This document shows, piece by piece, positions 1 to 14,064 of a stretch of DNA of 64,000 bases; position 1 is the first letter of the stretch, and each line of letters begins with the position of its first letter. This DNA is from Chrysomallon squamiferum. Taxonomy: Eukaryota; Animalia; Mollusca. The notes beneath the pieces are model-generated. The model saw only the letters and a program-made list of their open reading frames with translations. It made no database searches and was not told the DNA's origin. A program made the position numbers and the translations under genes. The DNA is taken from NCBI GenBank assembly GCA_012295275.1, contig CM022665.1:29140001-29204000 (forward strand), read 5' to 3'.

Positions 1-70
1 TGTGAAATAGAATTCAGTCAAGATCCAAAAATGCCTTAAGATGTGTGTTTTGTTTTTGTGTGTGTGTGAG

Positions 71-151
<81 letters not shown>

Positions 152-2959
152 GTTTATTTCTCTTTTTGAGTATGTGTGTGAATGTGTGTTTTAGAGAGAA
201 TGAGTGAATGTATGTAGGTATATATGTCTGATTGTGTGTTTTTTTTAGAGACGTGTGTTTGTTTTGTAAATGTATTAGTTTACGAGTACAGTCGACCCTT
301 CATTTAACGGACTAAAAAAAAGGTTTTGTGAAAAATGAACAATTTGAATTATATTAATATTAACAGTGAAGGATAATATTCAAAAATAAACTTATATTAA
401 ATTCACATTGTGAAATAATGTTCTGATTATTTTAAATATGTCTATATGGGTGTATGCATGTATTGCATACAATTCTGTATTCTGTTAGTAATGTCTGCCT
501 ATTATTCAACACAAATAATTAATTTAGTTTTCATATTTTATTGATTTAAAATTTATCAGCAAAACTCGGATGTAGATATGGATTTCTGAACTTTTGTTTT
601 ATGAGTTTGTGTCGATCCTATCGCAACAAATCAACTTGAGGTATGGTAAATACTTGAGGTATGGATTTGTTATTCACAGCAAAGACATTTACACTGGACG
701 AAGCTGATTAAACAGCGACATGGGAACATTCTGTTCAGAAGGAATTGTTGTAACTGCTGTATAAACAACTTAATAGCTCTCTGTCCATACTGATTCGATA
801 TATTTTGTTTCTTTCTTTGAAGTTAACAAACGTTATCACAGCAGAATCTTTCTTTCCAAGTTAATAATGATAATTATCATAATTTATAATTTAATACGTT
901 TGATGGTGTAATATTTTAGAAAATTAGAGACAGTGGAGAGGTAAAGAAGAATAAGATTTAGTAAAATATTCGCTACCTCCAAACCAGCTATGAAATTGTG
1001 TAGTAGGTACAATTTCCATATTTCACAGCGTAATTTACACTGTTCGTAAAAATATTTCTAAAATGATCCTAATAAATTGAGGATATGGCAGCTTTGATGT
1101 GACTTGTTCACTCTATCAAAGGTTCTGATGTCAGGATAAAATAGAAAACTCCAAGCTACTCTTATTATTTAGTTACCATACTTTATTTTTAACAAAGAAT
1201 AGTGGAGGAAAATATACAACTGTGATTGAAAGTAACCGAAATGTTCAGAGGTCATTTTTGTATAGAATTGTTTACAGAAAAACTATTCGTTCCAGCATAG
1301 ACATATGAAAGAAATGTTTTTGTTTACCCTGTAACAAGATATATCTAGCTTAATACAGCTTGCCTATCACGAAAAAGTGTAGCATTAAAGATCAAGTCAA
1401 AAAAATATCACTGTCACGTACAATTTCAAAGTAACGGTTATTATTCAACTTTTTATTCCCCCCCCCCCTTCTTTGGAATTCGTCAATAAGCAAGAAGAAA
1501 TATAGAGACTGAATGCGACTTGTATTGATTTGAGCAAACCGAAAACAGCGAAATAACGATGTCGACAACACTTAGAGAAATCTTTAAAACATGCATCAAT
1601 AAGTATGGCCTGACATGTCAGTTACTAGATTATTTTCAGACGATATTTTGCAACCAAACTCTGAATAATGCAGTATTTCTGTAGGGAACTGAAACAGTAC
1701 AAAAAAATATCTTCAATCTAAATACAAGTATTTGTATTTATGTATGGCAGTATGTCGGTGCTAATTAAATTATAAAGATATCTGAAACAATCTGAAATCA
1801 TAAGATATTATATCAGAATCGTAAACATGGTTTTTTTGTTTGTTGTTTTTTCCAAAGTTTATGATTATTATAAATAGTTTTCCTCCTGTCTTCGACTGTG
1901 TTTATCCTTTTTATTAATGCTCTCTCCATCCATATTTCTGTTTATGTGTGCGTGTGTCTATACTATTACTACTACTACTACTACGGCTAAGAGTACTACT
2001 ATTCCTACTGGTACCACTACTATTACTGTTAAATTACTACTACTATAACTATTACTACTAGGCCTACTATTACTGTTGAATTACTACCATTAAAACTACT
2101 ACAGCTAATACTACTACTATGTGTATGTATATGTGTGTGTCTGTGTCTTTTTATATATAAAATAATAATAATAATAATAATAAGAAGAAGGAGAAGAAGA
2201 AGAAGAAGAAGAAGAAGAAGAAGAAGAAGAAGAAGAAGAAGAAGAAGGAGAAGAAGAAGAAGATGAAGGACAAGAAGAAGAAAAATAACTGCATTTACAA
2301 TGTTATTTATATGTCGCACCAAACCTCTTTCTCTTGTACACGAATTATTAATAAACTTTTTTCTTTAAAAAGTCATTCAGTTTAATATAAGATTTGCAAT
2401 TTGTCAACTGCAGATAACGGTTTGTCGCTGTCTAATTATTATTAATATTGTTTATTACTAATATAAATTTGCTTGACAGATCCCATGATGATGTTCTTCT
2501 AGGTTGACTGCGCACATACTCTCGATTTGTAATATTCATAACACAGATTTAGGATTTTGTGTCTTTTATAGTTTGTTATTCTTTTATTTGTTGTTTATCT
2601 TTATTAGAAAAGACGTGACTGTTTTGAAAAATACGCATATCAAACAGAAACAACAATAACAGCAATACCACCAACAACATCAATAACAAAAATAATAATT
2701 ACAAAATATCGTAAAGGCAATAAATTCACAATCAGAGATGAAGCTGGAAGTATTCGAATAATAAATATGGTTTAAAAAATAACATACATCAGTCTGGAAT
2801 GGAATCTTTCAGAAAAGAAAGAAAAAAATAATTACAAAATATTTATCCTGAACAAATAACTACTGATGCAAAACTGCAGTATTTTATTATAAGCTCTTAA
2901 AAATTATGTGCAGCGGTTCGACCAAACGGTAGCAAAGCCGTTATCTCATATGCAACCTA

Positions 2960-2990
<31 letters not shown>

Positions 2991-4138
2991 CAACACATTA
3001 TGTCCAATAAATGACAGAGTACCAGTTCATTAATATTTACTTATTTTTGTATAATACTGAGCTACAATGAATGAGTGTTAGCAGCTGCAAGGGTCTGATG
3101 TGAAAAGCTGCTTGACAAAACAGTTAATAAGGTGGAATTAGAAGGACTCGGTGTAGAGGTAATTGTCATCTTCAGTCATCCAGTGCATTCAAGTCTTCGA
3201 AAGACAAAGCATTATGTGCTTTTAAGGCTACTGAGTACTTTGTGTGGTGTGTTTTCTCCTTTCTTTCTTTTTCCTTCTTTCTTTCTTTCTTTCTTTCTTT
3301 ATTTAGTTATTTTAAGAAATTGCATAGTTTCAGGAACATTCTTTAAATCTACAGTTACTATATAAAAAAAACACACAATCTTTTTGGGTTGATAAACAAG
3401 TTTTTAAAGATGTTTGTCGACAAACGTAAATCCTTCAGTTTCTGATTTTGACGTCGACATATTAAATATTAAGAAATTCAGTTCATTTGTGTTTGTTTAA
3501 TGTATCCACTGACATTATTTATAGGATTACGTTTTATCTTACTCCACCGTAGGATATGTGGACTTAATCACCAAATTAGGGTATAAGTAATGAAAACGAT
3601 ACTAACGAGAGAAATCCATAGCAACTTGTTTAGTTGTTAGTTGCACGTGCAAATGACATTACGTTTTAGTCTAACAACACTTATATAAAAGATTCATCAT
3701 AAAAAAAAAAAAAATAATAACAAAAAAAAAAAAAAAAAATAATAATAACATAAGTGTATTGAAACATTTTTAATGAAAAATTTTTAATTTTCTCGGCTCG
3801 AAACTGAAGTATTTCTACATAAACTTAACCATTACGAGCTGAAGTCTTCAGAGTAATGTTATTTTAAAACTCTGAGTTGTTAATGTAAAACAATTTCTAC
3901 TTCGCGTGATGCCGTGTATTACAGGGTTAGAACTTGCTGCTTCTTGCAGTTACACTGTCCAATTTCCACTAACTCAATATGTAAATGAACTCGTTGTCTA
4001 AAAATAGTTTGGTATAGTGTAGTGTGGTGATGTCACTGAATACAGCGACTTGTTAAGATAACGTGATCTGTAAATGATGTTTTAAAAATGTTATTCCTAA
4101 ATGTTGTTTTTGTTTTATTTATTTATTATTTATTTATT

Positions 4139-4195
<57 letters not shown>

Positions 4196-4652
4196 TAATT
4201 GTTATTCCTAAATGATTTTTAAAAATGTTTTTCCTAAATTATTATTATTTTTTTTTTCAATGTTATTCCAGAAGTTATTTTTAATGGCAGATCAGGAATA
4301 CACTGCGGGCAGCCATTTTATTTTCAAACAGAAGCTTTGCTCAGTATGCCATTTATCTACAACACAGCGTCAGAGTAAATAAAGACAGAAAAAATAAATA
4401 GTTCAGTTAACAAATTGGCGTCGCTAAAAATATAATAACGACCATTATTAGAAGAAATTATTCTTGCAAATAATTAAAAATAATATTAAGCTAAAGTAGA
4501 CTTTATTGATAGAACAAAAAGTAATGATTTGATGATTATGACAATGACAATGATTAAAAAAAAAAAAGGAAAAGAAATCAGAAAAAACCCAAAGAAAGAA
4601 AGAATACTGTGAGTTTATATAAATATACATTTCTTTTAATTCTTATTTTTAG

Positions 4653-5045
4653 ATTTTTCTACACAGAACCTGATTTGAAATCATTATTTCCTAAGATAGT
4701 TCGTATGAATGACTCCAGTCAGCTGGAATGGTACATGGACAAAGAAATGCTTCAGAAACACGCGGTCACTGTGCTGGAAGCCCTCGGTGCTGCCGTCGAG
4801 AATCTGGAGGACTCTGACTTTCTGAACAGCGTGCTCATCTCAGTGGGCCAAACTCACGTAAAGAGAAGTATCAAACCTAACATGTTGAAGGTAATTTGAA
4901 AATCATTACAGTATATTCACACTACACTTGTGCTTTGATAGTGTCATTAGATGTTTTCTAATTTCAGTAGTCTGTCTGTCTGTCTGTCTGTCACTCTGTT
5001 GGGTGAACCTGCGTTTGTGTATGTATGTGTGTGTGCGTGTATGAA

Positions 5046-5096
<51 letters not shown>

Positions 5097-6727
5097 CATG
5101 AAGTTAGAAAATATTCTTGGGTGATGTTAAAATAAAAGGTTGAACAAGAAACGTAAAATATGTATAATTTTCAAAATTATCTCATAAAACTGTAAGAAAA
5201 GTTTTCATCATAATATAAAAACAAATATACTGAAATGTTTGTAATGTTTTCAGAGGACCATAACCTCTACGAGCTGAAGTTATAAGAATAATATTATTTC
5301 TAACCTTAACTTGTCATTAATTCATTATAACATCTTACGAGTGAAACTACTATGATCACAAGCATTGTTCACATAGTATTTTCATCACTAACATGCTAAC
5401 TCAAGTACAGGCTGTTTGCTTCCATAGAACAAAAATTGAAAAAACACATAAAAACGTACTTCCAAATCCAAAGATTTTTTTTAAAAAGTAAAGTTTAAAA
5501 TGATAAGGAAAAAAAAAAAATCATCATTTAGTTCCGGGCTATGGTTATGACAGCGCTTAAAAAGATATCATTTAATTGGATTTCTAAAAGCGCGAGAGAA
5601 TTTTTTTTTTTTTCACGAGGGCAAAATACTCTCACAAAACATTGACTATTACTGAAGTAATGCCATTAGGATGTTATTAACTTAATTCGGTAATTTGATT
5701 GTAATACTAAAAGTCTTATCTTTGATTTCTTTCAAACAAAAAAAATCAAGCCCAAAATGCGCCCCGAGCAAACGTCCGTAACTAGCTGTGATTACAAAAA
5801 GGAAATTACATTTGTCATATCAGTCGCTTTCGACTGAAACAGAAGATGTGCTCTTCATTTTCTGGCTTTATTTTTCTTTCAGATAATGTGTTCAGTTTTT
5901 TTGTTTGTTTTTTTATCATTCAGTTCTTGTAGGTCAGGCATCCCATTAGTATAAAAGTTAAAATGGCAGCCAGTATTCCAGTTAGTGACATCAGTCAAAC
6001 ACTTTAGCTCATAGGCTGACAAGGATCAAAGAAGATCAGTATAGCCATTTTTCAAAATTAAGAATCAAACCACTGGGCAAACTGAAAGGTTATGTAGAGT
6101 TTTGCTAAGCCGGCAATAACATTACAGTAATTTTTTAGAACTATAAAATCATAAAATAAACTAATAACACAAAATTTATGTACTTTACTATATTATTATA
6201 GTATTACACATCTATAATGGCAGGTAAAGGTGATTAGAAACATATCAATTTTTTTTTTTTTTAAATTAAATGTTATGAAATTCCATAACGTTGCAAATCA
6301 GTATTTTATCCAGGAAAAACTGAAGGTTCCTGTAACTGTGAAGGCACAGATTAAAGAATTTAACAAGCGAATAACGGAGGATTAAATTAGAGGAATATAA
6401 ACCACGGTTATTTTCAAAATTCAAAAGTTGGGTCACTGTTATCGTTGCTTTCCCAAAAATTAAAATTTTGTGTCAGTTATGTCTAGGAAATGATTTTTTT
6501 CCCCTTAAAATGTTGTTTTGTTTTGTTGTTGTTTAAATAATAAATTACCACACACCTTTAACACTTTCCTATCATCAATACATTTTGACCTGGGCAAAAT
6601 CATTACACAGACTGAGTTACTATTGGAATGTGCATTATATGCTCGCTCGGCACCTTTTAATCAGGTGATCGCACCATTATGAATACCACAAAGTTGTGTT
6701 AACTTTGAAGTATTTTTTCAATACGTA

Positions 6728-6772
<45 letters not shown>

Positions 6773-6845
6773 TTTTTCTTATTATTGTTGTTGAGTCCAG
6801 GTGTGTGTACTAACATTATCTCGTTATATTTTGTGTATTATTTAA

Positions 6846-6877
<32 letters not shown>

Positions 6878-7632
6878 GCAAAAGTATACTTTTCTTAACT
6901 CGTTAACTGTTATTAAGAAAATAATTTTTATATAATAATTATATAAACATTAAATCTTTTTGTGTCTGCTGTAACAATGAAATAGGTCTGGTATTAAATT
7001 TCAACATTATTTACATTAATTTCATTATCTTTTTTATTATTCTCTCTCTCTCTCTTAATGGTATTTTTTTTAAATTTTTAAATTTTGTTTTTAATTTTTA
7101 TTATTATTATTTTTTGGTTCTTATTGTTCACCGATTTTTAATTTTTAAATAATATTTTAGAAGCAAATTTATTTTTTTATCTTAAAAAATGTACCCATAT
7201 GTACTGTAACTTCAATTACTGACTATATACTCGGTCTGTACAATTATGACACCATTAATGATAACACGCCTTTCTAAAATTCTTTATCATTTTCTGCTTT
7301 TATATAAACCTTCATAAAACAGCTCACATAATCTTTATTAAATAGCTCATACACCTTAATTATAAAATATTATTAAGACATCGTGTTTACCCTTCTAATG
7401 AGTGATATTCAGCTTTTCAGTATTTAAATGAATCTCTAACTCGTTGACTATTTTTGCGTTGCAGCGACTGTGGCCGTCTCTGAATTACGGTCTGGGGGTG
7501 GCTCTTGGCGATCGTTACACAAAGGAGGCAGAGGACGCGTGGAAAAGACTTTACACTTACATTTGTGTACAGATGAAACTGGGAATGGAAAATCCTGAAT
7601 TGGACCTTGGCGACGACTTTTCGGTATCATGA
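4653..7632 (+). CDS. Globin A (neuroglobin/globin X-like), partial: coding exons 2 and 3; exon 1 not found in window
   Basis: Exon 2 is 4653-4890 (238 nt; tttttag acceptor, phase 2; AAG|gtaatt donor) and encodes FFYTEPDLKSLFPK...MLQKHAVTVLEALG...VGQTHVKRSIKPNMLK, with CD1 Phe, distal E7 His and proximal F8 His. Exon 3 is 7465-7632 (ttgcag acceptor), RLWPSLNYGL...AWKRLY...GMENPELDLGDDFSVS*. Intron positions match the conserved globin B12.2 and G7.0 sites. Confidence 0.9.
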
Positions 7633-8624
7633 CGTCATATGTGGCATTTCGTTTGATTCTGCCAGATGTGTGTCGGGAGTTTAGTTGTTGTTTCATTAGT
7701 GCTCGAGACCAAACCGCAGGCTGTGCCTGAATCAAAATAACCTTTTGAAACGCTTTAAATAGAAAATGTTTCCTTAATGCACACCGAGGGAAATATTTTG
7801 TTTATTTTTAATCTGAAACTCATTCGCTGTTGAAGGTTGCTTTTGCAGTATGTAAAAACTGAGGAAGAGTTTTGTTTATTTTTTCCTAATTATTTATTTA
7901 TCTATTTTAATATCATGTTAAATCGTTAAAGTTCTTTTTTTTTCTTTTAATTTAATAAGAAATATTAGGTTATTTATCTACCACAGTTTAAATATAAATT
8001 TGAAATAACAGAAGAAATAATTTTAAATATTTGGTAGAATTTAACAATTTATATATCTTAATCAAAACAGGAATTCAGAATTGCATTTCTATTTATTGCT
8101 TGTATATGTAAATATATAAAGTATTATGAATGTGAACATGTTATTAAATAATATGTGTAATATGGTTATTTAAATAAGTATGCTTCTTTCCATATATCTG
8201 TATGAACTTTACTTTTAAATTTATATTTTGTATAACTATCCATTTGATATTAGTTACTTAGTTTAAGAAACAGAAGACGATTTATCATCATCATCATGTT
8301 AACTAAAAACCATTAGTTTGTTATTACGACAGTCTCGCTAAGCGTTAACACTGGGTGCTAAGCTCGATTCTTGCCTTACTCCACGTAACATAGTTTGTGA
8401 TCCCAGTCGTCAGATCTGAAGAATAATTCAAACTGTTACTGTGTAGTGTTCCACATAACAATGTCATCGTTTTGTATGTACAAACTTGTATTGATGTCAT
8501 ATTATGATATTTCCATTGTATCCGACTCCGTCAATCGTATTACTGTCTAAAGGAAAGTTATGAAAAGAAGGATTTCAATTGTGCTGTTTTCACAATGGCG
8601 TAACAGGGGTGAGTGTCTCAGGCG

Positions 8625-8880
8625 CAGGGTTGGATTTAATGTGCTTGCCGCCCCCTCCTGAAGGCTCAAGTCCCTCTCACCCTTCCCACTTAGTTTATAT
8701 AATTTGAATGGTTATAACTTATGATCTAGTTGAAAGCAAAAACATGGTTTTACATTTACATAATGATTTATTTATAAATCAAATGTGAAAATACGAATTT
8801 ATGTAACATAAACCGCCGCCCCTATCATCCTGCCGCCCTAGGCACCAGCCTGGAAAGCCTGTATGGGAAATCCGGCACCG
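8625..8880. mobile_element. hAT-type MITE (degenerate TIRs), apparently nested in an older element
   Basis: Ends are cagggttggatt ... aatccggcaccg, with GCCGCCC subterminal motifs and 8-bp flanks ctcaggcg / ctcgggcg (1 mismatch). The host sequence begins caatggcgtaac at ~8593 and continues GC-rich to ~8985. Confidence 0.65.
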
Positions 8881-11542
8881 CTCGGGCGGAACGTTCTTAG
8901 GTTCACAACAGGACAAGTGGAAGGGGGTCGGGGATGGCTAATTTCCACTGATTAGGGGGCACCATACACTTGCCTTGCCCCTTGTGTTTTAAAATATTTT
9001 GACTTGATTAGCATTCCTAGATTTTCGAGTTAAGTTCAGTTATCGAGTTACTTAATACAATTGTCTGTATTACATCAAATCAGTGTCAGTCTGTGTTATT
9101 TTATGTATCACAGTCATGCAATGACAAAAGGAATTTAAATTAAATAAAAAAATAAACATTTATATAAAATTGAAGAAAATAACATCTGGTCTTCCTTATT
9201 TTGTATAGTAAATTCATATTTTTAACATTCATTTACATTTTGTTGAAAATTGTTCTTTGACTCTTTGATGTTGTCACCAAGCTAAAGTTAACTTCAAAAT
9301 ATTAAATTAATGAAAAAAAAACAACAAAAAAAAAAAAAAAAAACTTTTTAATATGACAGAAGATTTCTAAGTTACGGAAACAGTAAATAAACTCTATAAA
9401 ATAATCAATTCTGATTTGTCAAAATTTGAGAGGAAGAATTTTTGGTGTCGATCTTCTGTAGAAATTTCCATTCATTTTCCTGGAAGCTTAAATTTCTTTT
9501 ACTACCTATCCATTTTTTTCTTTTTTGTACATTACTGTTTTAAGTGACATTTTTTATATTAAAAAATTGTTATCATGATTTAAATTTAAATCGTGTTTTA
9601 TCCATTGTTACTGTGGGGTTCTTTCCACAAACACACAGCCTCTCCGTACGTCTGCTTTGACCGTGTCTGTTCAAATCAGTACAACTGTTTGTGACCAACA
9701 GCTACATGTTATTCTTCTTTTGAACGAATGCAATAAATAACTATGTGATCATTTAATTTTGTCTTTTTATTTAGATCTCATTATCATCATCATATTTATT
9801 TTATTTTTTAAATTCTAAAAAAGCTGGCTTTTTGTTTTCGAATACAGCTTAAGAAAGTAAACTATTTAACGTTAGAATATCGTCAGATTTATGACAAATA
9901 CTTAGCATGAATACACGACAAAACATTTAAAACAAAGACAACGATTCTTCGAATTCAGTAAAACGTTTTTCAGTTGTAATATTTTAAACTTTGCTAGACA
10001 GATGGCATAAATTTCATTTACGGGACTTTTTGCAAATATTTCAATTCTAATTTTTGAAATGGCTCCCAATAGAGCAATGAATCTGCCCAGAACCGAACAT
10101 AAAAATACAGCGCATGAAAGTAATTATTATTTCAAGATCCGCAGTAAAAAGATGAAGTGGATTTCGTTTAAAAGTTCTCTGTACAAGAATACAATTAATG
10201 TTCTGTGTTCAGTGTATGTAAAATAATGGATGCAAAACACTTTACTAATCAAGTAAAAACTGTGTATTTTTCCTGCGTAGGCAACAAGCAATTAATACAA
10301 AACAGAGTTTGAACTAACAACTTGTTTCAGAAAAAATAGTTACTCTTTTGTACTGAAAATTTAAATGCATTTCGATTTTGGAGAAAAAGATCTGGTTCAG
10401 AACTATTTAAGACACTTTTATTAATCTATATTTAAAAGAATATTTACGTTTTTCATGTTAGTATTGAAATACTTGTTTTGTGTGTACTGTCATCTAAGTA
10501 CAAGTAAACAGTTTTATATATTTAGTAAAATCCTTTACATATCTATTTAACGTGTAAACGTTAAAAGGACTGAATTCATTATGTTTTTTTTCCATTTTCT
10601 ATTTTTGTAAAAATAAATTTTAGTTGATGGGGATGAAACGAAATTAAAAAAAATAAAACGATAACACATTTGCATATATGTAGTTATGTTTAAAACGAAA
10701 CCTTTAAGATCGCCAACAGTTTTTTTTTTTCTGACATATAATAAAAGTATGTGTGAAAGCATATTAAAACCAGCGTCACCATGATACACTTTTGATGCTT
10801 GTGTATCTTTCTAATCTCATACAATATTTTATTTATATATTTGAACACTGACGTGCTCTCTCTCTCTCTCTCTCTCTCTGTTTTTCTTCTTATTTTTTTC
10901 TCACTCTCTTAAGTAAAGAAATAAATCAGACTGACAAAAAGCTACTTTATTTTTTAAATACATTTTCAAAATACGTTTGAAGGAACCATATGTATATGGC
11001 TGGCGCCTTTTAAACATTGAGAGTAAAACGCCCACAACGAAACCTAGGACAAATTAAACTGCATAAAACATGACAGCTAAGATGATACATCTTATTAATA
11101 ATGTACACGTAAATAAAGTCAGATAAACGTAATATGATACAGGTAGGATAAATCTTTTTACCAATATCCAGTTAATATGGTATGTACTGTTGATCCTATC
11201 GACTAAATTAGTTTGACCATAGTAAGTTTATTAGAAAAAGAAAAAAAAAAATACTCGCATTTCAGTAGACATTAATATTAAATTAAGTTTGACCATGATA
11301 GGTCATAGTTTGTTGTTGTTGTTTTTTTTATTCACAAACACCAACCGTTTATTTCAAAAGATATCACTGTCAAAATTAGCATGACCACAGTAATAAAATG
11401 TCCACCTCACAAACATCACGTGACGTATGACAGTAATTCTCGATTCCTTGCAAAAGACGACTAGCATTAACATGTTCGTCTTTCAGGTCAGCAGTGATTA
11501 TGGACCAATGTTTGTTTCCCACAAACACAGTGATGCAGTGTA

Positions 11543-14004
11543 CTAGGTGACGGTGTTTTCGTTGAATTCGGCGTCAGGATTTTCCATTCCTTTCCGCATC
11601 TGAATACCAATGTACTGATAGACTCTCTTCCAGGCTTCGTTCACTTCCTTTGTGTACTTGTCTGCCAACGTCACGCTTAAACCATGCTGTAGCGACGGCC
11701 ATAATTTCTGAAACAAAACATTTTTTTAATTAAGTGATCGGGATTACGATAATGATGATGGTCGTTGTGGTGGTGATAATGATGGCGTGGTGATTAATCA
11801 GTGAATGAATTTGTCAGCTAATATAAACTAAAATATTTTTTTTTTTTTTTTTTTTTGTTTTGTTAAAATAGCCATAATAAAAAATAAATCATTAATCACA
11901 TAGAAAAGTCTCAGGACGACATGTTTGTAAATTTAACAGTTGACAAAAAGGTAAAATATTATTGAAAATATTGATTTGATGTAAACAGAGGAGGGCAAAA
12001 AATCAGCATTCAGATAGATTATTTCAGGACAAACTGTGGCTAGCAGTGATGAATGCATTTTGCTCGACTTTATTAAGTGACAGCGTACAAGAGCGAGTCG
12101 AAGGGTAAAAGTGGATTGATAACGGTATTTTGATGTTTATCACCAAACCACGGCCTTGTGCGCAAGTCAAACAGTTCGTACCACGCTGTTTATTTTCAGA
12201 CAACTCATCCTCACACTGAGCAAATAATAATAAAAAAAAAGAAATAGGAGAATTAGATCAAGATGTTATCGAAGTTGTAGAACGATTCACGCTTGCGATG
12301 GAAGGCCAGACAACAAGTCGTATATATAAAAATAGTTATTAAGTGGTCTATATTTTGTAATGATTCATTCTGAGAAAGTATAATCATTTCCTCTACTTCA
12401 CAGATTCTCATTTCTTTCGTGATTAGCAGCCAGGAATTCTTTTTTAATGTTTGTTTATGAAATACTTTTGAAGTTTCCTTAGACAGACGTATGTTCTGTA
12501 TAATACTGTACTGTGAAATGGTTTTAATATTAAAACAGTCTACACGAAACAATACGCGCTTTCTGATAAGGAAAAAATATATATATAAGCCTTTTTGGAG
12601 ACAACAAAAATAAACAGAAAACACACACATATTAACAGACACAAACACGCACAAAATAATAATAATAATTGTAACAACAACAACAACAATCTTTATTATT
12701 ATTATTAAATAAATAAATAAACTGAACTATGTAGATATTACATTTACCAATACTTCTCATCAGTAATTATCTGGAACACCATTGTCAGTTCTGAAACACG
12801 TAAAGAAACGACAACCTGCATCGTTAAACTGATTACACTTGCCTTGAGCATGTGAGGTTTCACGTTACGTTTCACGTGTGTCTGTCCGATGGAGATGAGC
12901 ACGCTGTTGAGAAAGTCTGAGTCACCGAGGTTCTCGACGGCAGCACCGAGTCCTTCCAGCACCGTGACGGCGTGTTTCGTCAGCATCTCGTTGTCGACGT
13001 CCCACTCCAACTGGTTGGAATCATTCATCTTGATGATTTTAGGAAACAGAGATTTCATTTCTGGTTCAGTTTGGAAGAATCTGAAGAATATAATGACATT
13101 TTTAGTAACATGCTTTATTAAAAAAAAAAAAAAAAAAATTAATTAAATAAAAAAATAAATAATATATAAAGAAAAAAAAAAAAAAAAACAACAACACTGT
13201 GTTAAATCTGGAAACGTACGCCAAAACAAAACTCATGAAGTCATCCATAAGTATATAAGCATATACAAATAAACAAACAGATATACACATAATAGCTCAA
13301 ACATATTCCATTATACACACGCTTACATAAACGCATAGAAATAAAAACCGTAAAGAAAAATACAGCAACAATAATAAAAAGAAAAAAGAAAAACATAAAC
13401 ATAAACATAAACAAAACAAAACAAGAAACAAACAAACAAATAATTAAAATAATTAAGTTCAATGATAAATGAATGCAATCATTATCATAATAAAAGTTGT
13501 TCAACATCAAGTATCATAATTATCGTCAGTAAGTTGAAAAAAAGAGCTTATGTTCCTAAGCATGAATATTTTTATATTTTATTATATTCACAGACAAAGG
13601 CTATTGAAGTTGTTTTGATCATAAAAACGGCAATATTTGCATTCAGTACATTATGTTGATCTATTTAAAATTATATTAATTAGCAGCGTTAACAAGATAT
13701 TCCAAGATGTCCAAATATTTACGATTTAATTCACTATTTAAATGTATATCCATTTACTAATTTATTTGTACCATTTAATTTTGTTTTGTCTTGTATAAGA
13801 AGACCGCTCTCGAGAATAGTAGATTAAACTATTTAAATACCATTTTAAAAAAACGTGTTTACATTTAAAAAAATGAAAAATACCTTATTGTTACAAAGAA
13901 CTCTGCTGTTTTGATGAACAGTTTTCTCAAGAGCGGTGAGTTGAGAAATAAAGAAGTTAATTTCGTTTATTTTTTTTTATTTTTTTATCTAATTATTCTG
14001 ACAA

Positions 14005-14064
<60 letters not shown>

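Noticed and set aside
287-313. tacagtcgacccttcatttaacggac, resembling a Tc1/mariner-type terminus
   Set aside because: I found no partner TIR nearby.
720-764. ATG GGA ACA TTC TGT TCA (MGTFCS...) as an acylated first exon of globin A
   Set aside because: It reaches a stop after 14 codons and has no suitable GT donor and no A/B-helix sequence.
3132-3365. ORF beginning ELEGLGVEVIVIF, resembling a globin B helix
   Set aside because: There is an in-frame stop shortly upstream, no A12 Trp, no ATG and no phase-2 donor at the expected position.
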